From Iphione sp. A-MEVVRFRX5 (lineage: Eukaryota): a stretch of DNA of 64,000 bases. The DNA is taken from positions 156,612,001 through 156,676,000 of the forward strand of contig OZ320313.1 of NCBI GenBank assembly GCA_976226885.1. Direction: 5' to 3'. The translations under genes and the position numbers were made by a program. Numbering within the stretch: the first letter of the stretch is position 1; every line of letters starts with the position of its first letter. A model generated the notes under the pieces. That model was not told where the DNA came from and did not search any database. It saw only the letters and a list, made by a program, of their open reading frames with translations. Positions 41,115-53,762 of this stretch are shown in pieces.

Positions 41115-41667
41115 CTATAAATGATGGTTTCCATTGACAACGACCAAAACTCCGACGTCTCCAGTATAAAGGGAAAAAAATCTAGCCTGTTGGAAGTCGT
41201 AGGACCATAATCGGCCTACCTTGCATGTCCAGCCGACGGGAAGGCGGAGCAGCTATGGCAAAGGCCCTAATATCACGAGTGATTGGTACGAATGGTCATA
41301 ACCAGGCGGACGCGTACAATCTTACAACCCCCCCTCGCGGAAGGACGGGAAGCCAGAAAGAGATCCCAAAGAGCGTAAGCACGAGCAGTGCGAGCTGATG
41401 TCCAACGCGTCCGCGGTCCTGCCGCCACTGACCCGCTGCGGCGCCGCGCCGCCTCAGTCACCACCGCCACCGACCGCCGCACTCTGACCGCTTCGACTGC
41501 TGCCACGGCTGCAGCTAGCACCTCCAACCACACGCGGGTTTTCCTGGCTTCGGTCGCCCACTGCTCTGCTGCAGGTGGCCAGGGGATGGCGGGTGGGGTA
41601 AATGGGAGTGGGGGGGGGGGTGGAGTCGCTCGGCTGAAATCCTGGAGGCCAGGACTTTGAGGTGAGT
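41115..41667 (+). promoter_or_regulatory. CpG-rich island, candidate promoter plus non-coding first exon
   Basis: TATAAA boxes near 41116 and 41165; reverse CCAAT (GATTGG) at 41281; densest CpG/GC block of the window at 41300-41660; consensus GAG|GTGAGT donor at 41661/41662, followed by a long pyrimidine-rich tract. Confidence 0.4.
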
Positions 41668-43674
41668 GACTCCTTCATTGCATGTGGTTTCCTCATTCAC
41701 CTCCAAATCACCTTAACCTATTCTTTAATCGTTTCCTTAGAGGCCATCTCTTCTCTTTCCCCTTCCCAGTCTCCTCCGTCATCTTCTTCCTTATCCCTAT
41801 AGTACAGCAAAATTAGGCTAATCTTCTTCCCTGTACCATGCTGTATTCTGTATCTCTTTAGTCTCTCTTCCTCCTCTATCTTCACAACGTTATTATTTAC
41901 CATCAGTCTCTCCTGAAAATCATTTCAATATACCTACTTCTCATTATCCTTTTGTCTTTTGTTGTTTCCACCTTTATCCCACTTTCAACTGGCTCTCTTT
42001 GTTCCCAAATGCATGTCTTCCTACGATTCCTTTCCTGCTCTCTGTTAGTTGATGCTGCCGACGCCTATCAGAATGCACGCGTGAGCTGTTGTAACACCGC
42101 CACTGCCTTTATAACGCCCAGACATCTCATGCGACACAGCTTTTCCTATGTGAATCAATAAATCCTCTATAAAGGGATAACTATCCCCAGCCACTTACAG
42201 GTTATTGCACACAATCATATTTCTTGACCTGAAAGCGAATCTGACTGAAATAACATCTTGACGGATAAGCAATTTCTTCTCTATATTTTATAGTTAAAAA
42301 TAGGTGGAAAGCGTCATACAGAAATTGTACGCCGCTGCATTATTTTATTTATTTTTTCGGCATACGTCTTATTTTCTATTCTTGCTAGAGATAAAGAAAC
42401 AAAAGAGTTGTAGAAAAACTTGAGGTCTCTGCCCTCAATGTTCCGTAGCAGTTATTTTCGAATGGATGTAAAGGCTATTTGTGTTATTTGATACATTACC
42501 TGATAGCCTTTCCGAGGGACTATACATCAAGCTGTTTTCGTACTAATCCGACCTTATTACAATTTACTATTATTGGTTATATTTTTAGAAATATTATTGG
42601 TCCTATGACATCGACCAGAAAACTGCCGTCTTATGAAGTCTTATGTTGCAATCACTATCACTCTAGAGAAGCCTGCACTACCACTACACTGATTTAGATC
42701 AAACCATCATTGTTGCACAACAAGGGTAGACCTTCCGTTACTCACGTTTTAACTGTTAGGATAATCGTTAATCAGGTATAAGAAAATTCAGACAGATTTA
42801 CCCCATCAATTAAGAAATTTCCAAATGGCTTATAGTATACGTAAAGCTTTATGCGTTGTAGGACTACACAACTGATGATAAAATTTGCTAGGAGATAAAG
42901 CACCTTTCTGCACTGACGGAGTACAGAATAAGAAAGGATTGTAGAAAAGACCCTTCTTAGGGAACCTAGATAATCAGTTTATTTGTTCTTCCAATTCCCA
43001 CCTACTAACAGAGGTGATCATGTTGCTATAGAAGTCATTAACTGTTCCGACCTGGCTGCCAACGGCAAAAAGCGGGTCCCATTTAAGGTCTGCTTCTGGA
43101 CCGTATTAAATTGTTTGTCGGGATCATTCAGGAATATGTACATACATTGTGGCGCAGATCTTCTCTTTGAGTTTAGCCATAATCCATGCGTATGACGACT
43201 CCTGATCATTCTTTGTAGATATTCAGGCTAAAGGTGAAAGAAGCCCTCAGATGTCTCTTCTTATCTATCTCAAAATAATCACACCTAAAGGAGAAACAGA
43301 TAAGGTAAATGGCATTTTTAAAGTGTTTCGGATTTTCGGAACAACCACTTGGCCATTTAGGTGCAAACTAAACACGCGCTCATTATGAATGTTCATAGCG
43401 TTCCCTTTTACATGAAGCTGGTCGGATAAGTGCGGTAATTACCTCACTAAAATCTCACGGCGGACGTCCGAGTAATTCGTTTAGACCGTTTCGAGAAACG
43501 CAGGTGTTGCTGGTATCCTGGTATGTATATGGGAGGCGAAAGACTGAAACTCGGGCCTTTCGATACCACGCAGTAAAGCATTGGCTCTGTATGAAGGGAG
43601 GGAAATTGGGCAGCTCTGCCAAGCACAACGTATGGAGACTGCCAGGGTCTACTTAGAATGCTCAGGCCTTAACT

Positions 43675-43826
43675 GTAGTGATAGTCTCATCATTATCATC
43701 CCACAACATGCAGTAATGGAGAGTCTGTTATCATCCCATATTATCATCCCATCATATGCCGTGATGAAGACAGTCTATTATCATCCCATATTATCATACC
43801 ATCTTATGCAGTAATGAAGAGTATGT
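43675..43826. repeat. Minisatellite, about 48-50-bp unit x3 with internal TTATCATCCCATA subrepeats
   Basis: ATGCAGTAATG-like anchors at 43708, 43756 and 43806. Confidence 0.8.
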
Positions 43827-46800
43827 TTAAATGGAAATCATGCAACAAATTACAATAAACATGACCTAAGATATAAAGTTCCATCTCTCTCACTTAGCAT
43901 TATCAATTCTTAATTCTATTATTATTTCTAATTGCCTTTCCGAAGTGCTCATTACAGGATTTCCACTGTAGCAAATACAAGCTGTTATTTCTATGAAAAC
44001 TGTCCCTCTTACAGGCATATCCCTATTGGAGTTAAATCACTAAGATGGCTATCCACTGTACCGTAACAGAAGGTGAGGGAAAAGAACCAGAGAGAAAAAG
44101 ATCTCGTAAAGATGCTTGGGCTAAGAAGGGATGTGCAATCAGATAACGACGTATGCTAGTAAATATTCCGAAAAAATAAAATAGATTCTATTTCAATTTT
44201 CATATCCAATTATATAGGAGATGTTTGTCGCCGTTTTATCCAATGGACTTTTTCTTCTTCAACTACGACTGTGATCGGGATATCAAGACACATCTAGATC
44301 CTATAAAGGTTGTCGTAAACGACTTTCATTCGACCTACACTCTTAACTTAGTCGCTCCATGTTTTTTCCTTTTCAAAACTCTTTTTTTAAGAAATAGCTA
44401 TGTGCTCTGTGTTGTAAGGATTACTGCTGCAGAGATAGTAACGATTTCCAAATGAAGTCCCTATTTTCGGATCTGCAGATACATTTATTATCCGTTTTAG
44501 ACTTATTATGAGCACACATATCAAAATATTTGTTTGCCATTTTTCATCAAATTCTATTAGAAATTTTCTTCTGCCCACAATAATCAAAGTCCGCGGGTTT
44601 CCAGCAGACATGACAGCTTACGAAAAAAGTGACAACCAATCACGTCCTTCGCACGTGAAAAAGTTTGTGCTAGGAGCCAGCCAGAAGCATAATCCAATAA
44701 CAAATACTTTTACAAGAAAATGCGCCATCAATCCGCAGTAATAATGATCGACTGTTGTCTGCCACATAAATCAAGGCACCACTCTTTTGTTCTGGTTATT
44801 TCTTCAGTATATGTTCCTCATATCTTACATTTCATCTGAAAACATGAGAGGCAACATCACAGCAAGAATTATTTATGATACAAAAACTATAAAGTTATTG
44901 ATAAACTTATATTTATCTGAACCACAAACGTTAGATTGCTATAAATGGAATAAATCGTGCGAAAGAGTTCGAACGTAGGTATCAATAAGTGCGACATTGC
45001 TTGCTGAGATTTTACTACTTTCACCGTGGGCATGTTATATAGGAATCATTCTATATGCGAACTATGATCATAATATAACTTAAGGAAATATATTAAATCC
45101 GGACAGTAATCCAGTCAGTATTCCATAAAGCCTGCCCTTCGATTATAATAGGTTGTCACTCTAGACAAAATGTTATAATTGATAAGACGAATAGAACTTA
45201 ACAACTAGAAAGTTTAGAGACAATTTTTTCAGTTTTCTGTCAAAGTAGCATACGAAGAGATACACGTATTTTCAACATTGGAGAGGATACCTATTAGTCC
45301 CTGCTGAGAATCGAACGATGTGGACATTATCAGATATCTAACAATTTAAAATACATTAAATATGCCACTTCCCAGGGGACATGCCGAGGAAATGAAGGTT
45401 ACCTTTTTCAGTAATACGTCCGCATTTATTTATTTGGAAAATATATCTCAAAGGACCCATCAATAATATGCGTATCCAGGCAATCAGCGATGTCCCGAGA
45501 TAAACACGGCTGGAAGTAATACCTTCCCGCCGTTCATTGACGCCCTCCCCCTGCCCGTACAAGTAGGCAGCCGTGTTAATCTGCCTGATAATCGGCGCTC
45601 TGCTCTCAGCCTGGAGATGATCGCGGCGACTCCACTTTAATTATGGCCCAAAGAATGAAAGCCACCGCCGGAAGCCACTGCTGGATGACGCGAGAAGCCA
45701 CTCCCTGGCTGCTCCCTCAACAGAGCAGCTTTTAGTGTTTTTTTCTCTCTCTCTCACGGAGTCATGGTTATAATATTAAGCTTTTGACCACTGATAACGC
45801 CTCTTTCTCTTTTGCCTGATTCTACTGTTACTCATTTTTCTCTTTATTTGTATTATCCTCTAGTCTCTGTGTGCTTGGTCATTTTTTTAAAAATCTATTC
45901 TTTGGTTAAAAGAATATATGTGTGAATATATATCCATTTGTTTCATGTTCAGTGAGTGGGAATTTGTTTAAAGAACCAAATTGAAAGGAAAGAATGAGAA
46001 AGGGGGGCCTTGCATAATTATACAGATTTTCCATGGGAATAAGACACAAAACTGAAGAGGCATTAAACTATCCAGTAAGCAAAGAAGACACTATTTATAC
46101 TCCTGACTTACAAACACGAACAAGCAATTTCACGGAATGGTCCGCATTTACACAGGGGACCTGCAGTGACGTATTTTGCGCATTTATTGTCTGATATTTT
46201 TGCGTAAACTAGGGAAAACTATGTGAAGTGGAGAAAGGTGGCTGAGAATGAAAGTGATAGTCCGAAAGAGTGAAGTGATGATGAACGAGTGAGCAGGCAG
46301 CTAGTGTTTGTCTGTATATATTTCTTAAAAAGATATTTTTATTTCGCACATAATATCCTAGGTAGGGTGCACAGTAGAAAATAGAACTGTTGGAATACGT
46401 ACTTGTGGAAACTTTTGGACACGTCAGAAACAGAAAGTTAGAATGTTGTGGCATTCTGGAAACACAACATTGATGCAAAATGTTATGAATTTATTGTGTG
46501 AGATAATAAATATAACATTTTATAACGTGGGATTACAATCAATATGCAAACAACCACATCAACTGTAACTTCCAACAAATACAAGCAACCCACGTAAGTT
46601 CTACAGTTGTACCATTTTCTCCAAATGTTAAAAAAAACACCTCTACCAAAAAACCACCTCTACATGTCCTGGACATCCTTCTGGTAGACGCCATTCTGAA
46701 AGAAAGGGTCATTCAGGCAGTGCACAGAATAGTAAAAATGGGGGATTTTTCCTATCAAGAGTAGTACGAAAACCAGACTGGGTGGCGAGTTACTGAAACC

Positions 46801-47428
46801 AAGAACAGGGAGATTTGCAGAGCCTCTAAGATACGGGGGTGGGGGCGATTAGTCTATGGAACAAGCTCCCGGGTGTCATCAAGGACAACCACATAGTTCC
46901 CAAAGGACAACTTCTGAAGAGTCTAACGACAAATGGCGTTTTATACTTACTACCTAGTTAGTGCAAGAGGAGGCTGTAACAATTGGAATTCATAGGCGGG
47001 CAATGTTGACTCTTTAATTTCTGTTTAATACCTGTTTAATGTTAGTTTGATATTAGTTTTATGGGGAATATATTGTTAATATCAAATATGTAAGGTGTAC
47101 CACACCATGATGGCGAATGGATCAGGCAACCAACATGGAATACACTAGTCTTTTGGCAATGCTTCCCTGGTAATTATAATGTTGACTCAATCGGGAAGTT
47201 CTTTGTCCTGTTCAATCAGTGGAAGGGTGGGGGATCTTTATCAAGGGTACTGGAGGTAATGTGTACTCTGAGTGGATTGCACACTATTTTTTTGTGCAGG
47301 GTACCACATATTATATGTACCTATATGGGTTGTACAGTAGAACCCCGCCACAACAGACATCGACTGGACTGGAACAAGGGCGTCCATTGTCGGGGGTGTC
47401 CACTGTCACTGAGCTGTTGTAGAGGGTA

Positions 47429-47917
47429 TGTTCAAGCTGGTAGATTGGTGGTAGACTGAAGGGCAGGCAGCAGTAGAGGGAAGGACGGCAACAGCAGACT
47501 GAAGGGCGGGCAGCGGCAGAGGGAAGGACGGCAACGGCAGACTGAAGGGTGGGCAGCGGCAGGTATGATGTGGTCCAAGCACCTCTCCAGGGTGTGGGGA
47601 CTGATCAAAGAAGGGGCGAGAGCAGTTCCTCCATGGTGTCGGGAGAGGTCGCACCTCTCCAGGGTGTGGAGACTCATCCCGGGGGTGAGAGGCCATCAAA
47701 GAGGTGACAAGAAGGGTGAGAAATCATAAAGATAGAGGAAAGAGCGGCAGTGGCAGATGGAAGGGTGGGCAGCAGCAGAGAAAAGAGCGGCAGTGGTAGA
47801 CTGAGGCGGTCTGCTGTAGACCCTGTAAAATCAGGGTTAGGGACTGTCCAGGGACTGTCTGAAGGCAGGATGTCCGCTGTCCCTTAGGTATCCGCTGTAT
47901 CCAGGCTGTAATAAACA
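47429..47917. mobile_element. Nested 489-bp insertion with TGTT...AACA ends (solo-LTR-like or unknown element)
   Basis: TA|TGTTCAAG...AATAAACA|TA. Purine-rich on plus; contains internal tandem and direct repeats; AATAAA at 47910. Confidence 0.35.
47453..47563. repeat. 43-bp minisatellite x about 2.6
   Basis: AGACTGAAGGG anchors at 47453, 47496 and 47539. Diverged copies recur at about 47735-47810. Confidence 0.9.
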
Positions 47918-48999
47918 TAATATAGGGGGTTTTTGTTAGGGACTAAAGCCAGGGCGTCCTTTCTGAGGGGTGTCCACTGTGACCGGGCATCCATAATCAG
48001 GGGTTATCCTGTATATCAATAATCCCAGAAACAATGTCTAAAGAGCAAACGGATCATAGTGTCTTGTGCTATATAACTGTTTTGAATGTGTGTCGAAGAG
48101 CTGGATATGAAACTGATATTCATCTATATCTCTGACACGTCTAAGGGTTAGTTAGTAACTTGCTGTTATAACCCTGACTGTCAACAGGAGATAGTTATAA
48201 GTTACATCAGTTACATCTGTTCCATGCAAATGGTAGGTAGGCTGAGTTGGCAGATCCAAATTCACACCGGAGGCTGCAATCCTATGTAGCTAAATGGAAT
48301 ATGGTCACAAGATGGGATACTAGGTAATCTCACCATGACTCGATGTTAATCTATCAAATCAAAGTACAGATTTAGCCTTATCTGAAGCATCTCGATGTGT
48401 ACATTACATAAAATTTACAACTTTACTTATGTGTAAAAAAGCATAATTACCGGAGGGGCGCTATTTGTCTAAGTTGTAGTACATGATTATATCTTTCATA
48501 TGGATAAACTAAAATTAGTTCCACCGTTGGGGTATCGGGGTATAGTCTGATACCACCCAGAAACCGTCCTCGCTACGGGCCTGCATGATAACTTTGGACT
48601 TGAAAAAGTTGGCTATGAATAAAACAAACACAAATACAAATACAAAAATACCACCAGGGACACAGTGCAATGTGTCTCATTCACCACTTCGCTATGGTGC
48701 ACAATCATACTAAGCCGCAGGTGACACCATTATACTCAGTCTACATTACTACTGTTTGGTGCATAATACCAAAAGAGTCATGATGGCAAAAATTCCTGCC
48801 TGTCGGCATCATACTCCTCGCCAGCAAAGGGTCTAGATTCAGTTCATTCTCTGGAACACCTAGGATATGAAAGTGGCAGAGAACGTGTATTTTACCACTC
48901 CACTTACCATTTCAAAACTTTTTATAATGAACCAGGTTCCATGAGAGTTAGGTGAACCTCATGTGCAAGCAAATTGTCATCATCGCCTATGGTACTTAC

Positions 49000-49146
49000 C
49001 ACACCTTCTCGGTGTAAAGATAGATTCCTTCATCCATTTTGTTTGGAACACTGATACCCCCCGCAGAGGTCCTACAGTGCCTGCGGTTCCTGGAATGCTT
49101 TCTTTATCTGATGTGAGAACTGGTGCTCCAATGGTGAACCACCCAG
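49000..49146 (-). other. Candidate 147-nt symmetrical phase-1 exon (xGWFTIGAPVLTSDKESIPGTAGTVGPLRGVSVFQTKWMKESIFTPRRC)
   Basis: TTCCAG acceptor with a weak pyrimidine tract; GTG|GTAAGT donor; open frame. No homology recognised. Confidence 0.15.
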
Positions 49147-49450
49147 CTGGAATTTTAGGAACTCCAGGCATGAAATGCCAAACATCAATCATCTCTTACA
49201 ACTTTGAGCAGTCCTAGTTGCCCCCTAACTTTCTGGCAGCACTTAATAGGCTCCTGCTGTTTTCTCGCTGGTCGCCCACTAAGTCACTGCTGAACAGCCC
49301 CCATGGTTAGCGTTCAGGATGAGTGCATTTTACAACAGAGTGTTTTCTAACGTATACAGTGTTAACATTACATGTGTAGCCATATGCTCTATATGCTAGA
49401 TTCAAGCACCACACTCATTCGGTAGATCTGACTGCCGAATGAATGTGGTT

Positions 49451-49484
<34 letters not shown>

Positions 49485-49487
49485 TCT
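49451..49487. repeat. (TC)n microsatellite
   Basis: About 18 TC units with one interruption. Confidence 0.95.
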
Positions 49488-52253
49488 TCCTCCCTCTGCA
49501 AATCATAGGAACTACGTGGAAGTGGAATCGTGCCAACTCATTGACCGTGGTGTTGTGCTAGTGCCCTGGTTCTGATGTTAGAGCTCAACCACCTGTTCAC
49601 TATGATCTGCCATCATCTCAGGGTCCGCATGTACCGTCTTGAATACTCTCAGGAGGCTTAGGCCAGTCTACGTCATATTTTCTTTTAATATTTGCGATTT
49701 GCCCCATGATTATTAACTCCCATAGTATTGTTGTGTGTGAAAACCAGACTGCTGAGGTCCACGGGGATTTCTGAGGAAGTATAAATGTGCTTCCTGATGT
49801 GGCGTTCGACCCATTTTGGTAGGCAATTAACATGAACCCAGTCAATTTGGTCGACGGCCTCAGGAAACAGCTTTCGGCCTTCCATAGTTTGTTTATTGTC
49901 ATTTCTAATATACCACTACTTTAACTACTGTTTTCAGTACAAATACAGATTAATTGGTTCCGCTTTCTTCCAAGTTAGGGAATGGGGAACTGGTCATAGG
50001 GTAAGTCCAGCAAGAAGTTGAATATATTTATGGCGTGGGAAACCATCACGGATATCCAGGCACTTTGACCTGCCTTGTCGGGCGGCCTCACTAGCCTTTT
50101 GATCGGGGCTTTATCAACGGTAATCAAAGAAAATGGAACATGGAATAATGGAGGTGCGTCCCAATACTAAGATTCATCTGTGAAAAATAGTTTCAGGGTG
50201 GAGTTACTGTCTAAGGAAGAGACTTTTTGGTATTAAGGACTCATATCCCATAAAGGAGAGCACTTCGAAGAAGCATATGAGAACACTGGTACATATTCAA
50301 GATCATGGGATTATCAGCCATTAAGCGAGAAAGAGCGATATACTCTCTGATACCCCTAAGACACTAACACGTACTTCTCATATATGCATTACGCACCTCC
50401 ACCATGACATTGTAGAAAAGACGTGGTTATGATACAATATCCACAGACGCTTTCCTGGTAGGCAATTCTATTCAAAATCCGTTGTGCGACCAAATAGGTA
50501 AACTATTCAAATCTACACTTTAACTCTTTCAAGTTGACGCTTTTAAATCGATAAACTTGACTGCCTCATACATGCACAGCGTGAAATCAACCCCACTGGA
50601 ATGAATCCAAATTGGTGCGTTTCGAACTGAAATAAAATCTACATTATTTGAATAATCAATCTGTGGAACTAATGGACGGGAGAACCCGAACGAAATAGGT
50701 AGTAAGTACATTTGTAGATCATGCATTGCGAAATGTGCTGTATACCTGTATAAACGGTGTACATGTATATATAAAACTCAAAGCAGACAGAACAACGTCT
50801 CACAAATTGCCACTCGAAAGGCTCAGAGAGCTTTCACAGTACACATTCCCTTTGAGTACACAGAAAGGAATGAAAAAAAAGTGTACTCTCACTCACCGCT
50901 CCGTAAAGGCTGATGCTGTTAGATCTGCTCGCCCCCATCCCTTCAGTCAAGCCTCTAAGCGCTACTACGAGAAACCCCATCGCGCTATAAGCTGTAAGCT
51001 CCTTCTTCATGCCCTGCCAGCCACTTGTGACTGTCTGCAGTGATGGATATATCCTGGACGGCCGCTTCAGGCTAGCTACCACATCATCCCGTCCTCGTCA
51101 TGCACTGATCACCAAGTGCTGTCTGGCTGGGCCCCCGGGGTAGGTAGCATGACCTGTATTTTAGGCTGCAAGCCGGGACTCAATTAATACCGTTCATGGA
51201 TAATAAGATGGTTTTCTTATTCTTGGCGAACGTCGTTGCCTCCCAAGTGATGGATAGGGTCCCGTGGAGAGTTGTCTTTGGATCTAACTGCTACGGACAT
51301 AGGAGAGCGGCCATCGGGCCAGGTCTCATGTTGTTTGTTGCCGAGTTGTCTCAGTGTCGGGGGAGAGCAAAGTAAGATGGAGTAGGCACTGGATTATTTC
51401 GTATATTCCCATACGGTCTTAGTTTATATACACAAATATTTCCACCTGTACATAGATTTTAGTCTGACTTCTAGTCATCAGGCGGTATGGATTCTTTATT
51501 CAACTCTGCCGAATTGCTCAATAGCCGAGTTGCTCTTCAGTCCCTTGACTCATAGACATATCTAGGTACGATACAAATGACCACCCATACACATTAGGAG
51601 AGTGTTGATATTTCCCTTGTAAAGGTAGCATAAGTGGATTGATAGATATATGTAAAATAATATTTGCGTCGATTTTTAGCATCACCCCCAACGCTTCCAT
51701 GGACCCGATGGGGATACATGTATGTAATTGACATGGTCCATAGCTATGCAATGAAAAAGTAAAGCTACGCGGTCTTCAGCTGCTTTGTTGTATTGATTGT
51801 AATTTTAGGCCGAGGACCTTGTCTAATTATAGTTGTAGGGCCTCGTGCCTTATCTACTGCTAAACTCTCCACCTCCAGATTTGAGCGATATACTAACGCA
51901 ATCAAGACGGCTATGTCCACTGAATCGACAGACTAGGTGGCTTTCATCCAAGCCTAAATGGAACATTGAAGGGATGCGGCCTATAATGCCGACCTGTTAC
52001 GCTGTACCAACCCAGTCAAGTAGCATGGGCCCCTGAGTCAACTGATGACGGGGAACTTCCTGTCATGTTTACAGTCAACAAGGGATAGAAATGTGCATAC
52101 ACCCAAACACATGCATACATGGACACATGTTAACATGCCCACATGCACAAGTATAGATACGCATAAATGAACACTCAAAAAGACATACATAATAATACAC
52201 ATATACATGTGTACAATCTGTATTAGGAACACACCAAGGCAGACAGCAGGAAG

Positions 52254-52267
52254 AGGTCAATGGTTCA
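52254..52267 (+). promoter_or_regulatory. DR2 nuclear-receptor element (RARE-type) AGGTCA-AT-GGTTCA
   Basis: Both half-sites match RGKTCA with a 2-nt spacer. Confidence 0.3.
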
Positions 52268-53651
52268 GATCCCCAACGAAACTCACGTCGAAAATAGGAA
52301 GAGCCGGAAATGACAACGCCAACAAAAACAGAGGATGCATATATAGCCTGGTACAGAATACTCGAATTTCAACAGGACCTTCGACCATACATTCATTTAA
52401 ATTACTATTTAAGAACAATTTTCATTCCAATCAATAACAATTAGACTCACGTTTATGTTAAATTTATTCCAAATATTGGGCAGATTTTATACGCATCAAA
52501 ATACACTGAGTAACAGTAACTTCGTACGGCAATCTTCAAACAGCACATAAAGAATACTTTACTAATCATTACCTAGCCATGAAGAATGCTGTACAATCTG
52601 TATGAAACGTTAAGATTTTTAAGCCAACTCAACCCTCAGCTACCTATTCTCGTGTTTGTATGTCCACCTATTAGTGTACCACTAGTACAGATTATGTAAA
52701 ATAAAGTGTTTTTATAGTCACATAAGAAAAAGACAGATGGCAAGCACAGTTTATAAATATAATGAATATATACTCCTCTATATTGTAATAATTGTTAGTC
52801 GCAGTGCTACTCCAGCACTCTGAGATGCATGATTGTGCCATCTGACATGGTTGTGTTATTCACTGTTTCATCTGCAGTGAGACATGTGAGTGTATTATCT
52901 TTCATATTGAAAGTTACTGTGTATTTCTCAAGATTAATGTAACATGCCAGTATGGTGATTTTATACAAAAGAGGAGGAAGACCCAAGAAACGTCTCCTTT
53001 TGCTGGAAATTCATTTCTATGTGGACCTTTCTCCTTGATGATAAATGTTCATTAAATTTATTTTATTAAAGCAGAATGCTGCTATATATTTACTGACTGC
53101 TACTGTATAAACTGCTACTTCAAAATAAAGATTTCAGGAGGAAGGTGGCGTACCATTCCATTTTAGTACGCTTAGTTTGATCGGAGTTAAACATGGCATG
53201 GAAGTGACATTACCCGTTAGTGTCATAGTTGCATGTAGGTTGTGTTTTGCTGAAGGGTAACGCCAATAAGATATTTGAGGTAGGCCTCGCTTTGCCTGGC
53301 TACGTTTTTGTACTCAATCAGAATTATTCAACCTCAGTAAACCAGATTAAAGACCTCAGTAACATATTACCTGTAACATTATTGTTCTGAAATGATTATT
53401 TTTAATGATACAATGAATTGATTTTAAATTTGTACTTGCTCTTCGGGACAGAATTCATAAGTGAATAATGCTAATCTGAAAGTGACTTTTCATGAATATC
53501 TGCCTGATATAGCTAAATTTTATGACTGTACATGTATATATATATGTTCACTACTTCCCGTCATATTTAATGAGGGACACAGAGGCACGCTCATACGTTC
53601 AGGTTAACCCCGGCTAGAATCAACGCAGAGAAGCACTACCTATACACTTAC

Positions 53652-53762
53652 CGATAGATACCAATATCCGCCCACCTGCTCGTGGACGGTCGCACCCACA
53701 TTAACAGGCGTCTCGCCCACTCCATCCAGGGCTGGGATTCCAGTAAGAGCACCTGCCTCCAT
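53652..53762 (-). CDS. Candidate first coding exon (MEAGALTGIPALDGVGETPVNVGATVHEQVGGYWYLS), unrecognised
   Basis: Kozak-like GCCAGCATGG, 37 open codons, then a TCG|GTAAGT donor (phase 0). No homology recognised. Confidence 0.15.

Larger units (their letters stand above)
47335..48011. mobile_element. Tc1/mariner-type MITE interrupted by a nested insertion
   Basis: TA|CAGTAGAACCCC...GGGGTTATCCTG|TA. The motif GGGCGTCC...GGGGTGTCCACTGT is present in both halves. Confidence 0.65.

Noticed and set aside
41718-41903. Charged E/K/D-rich minus ORF
   Set aside because: A by-product of the plus-strand polypyrimidine tract.
47833-47842. AGGGTTAGGG telomere-like word
   Set aside because: Fewer than two units; chance level.
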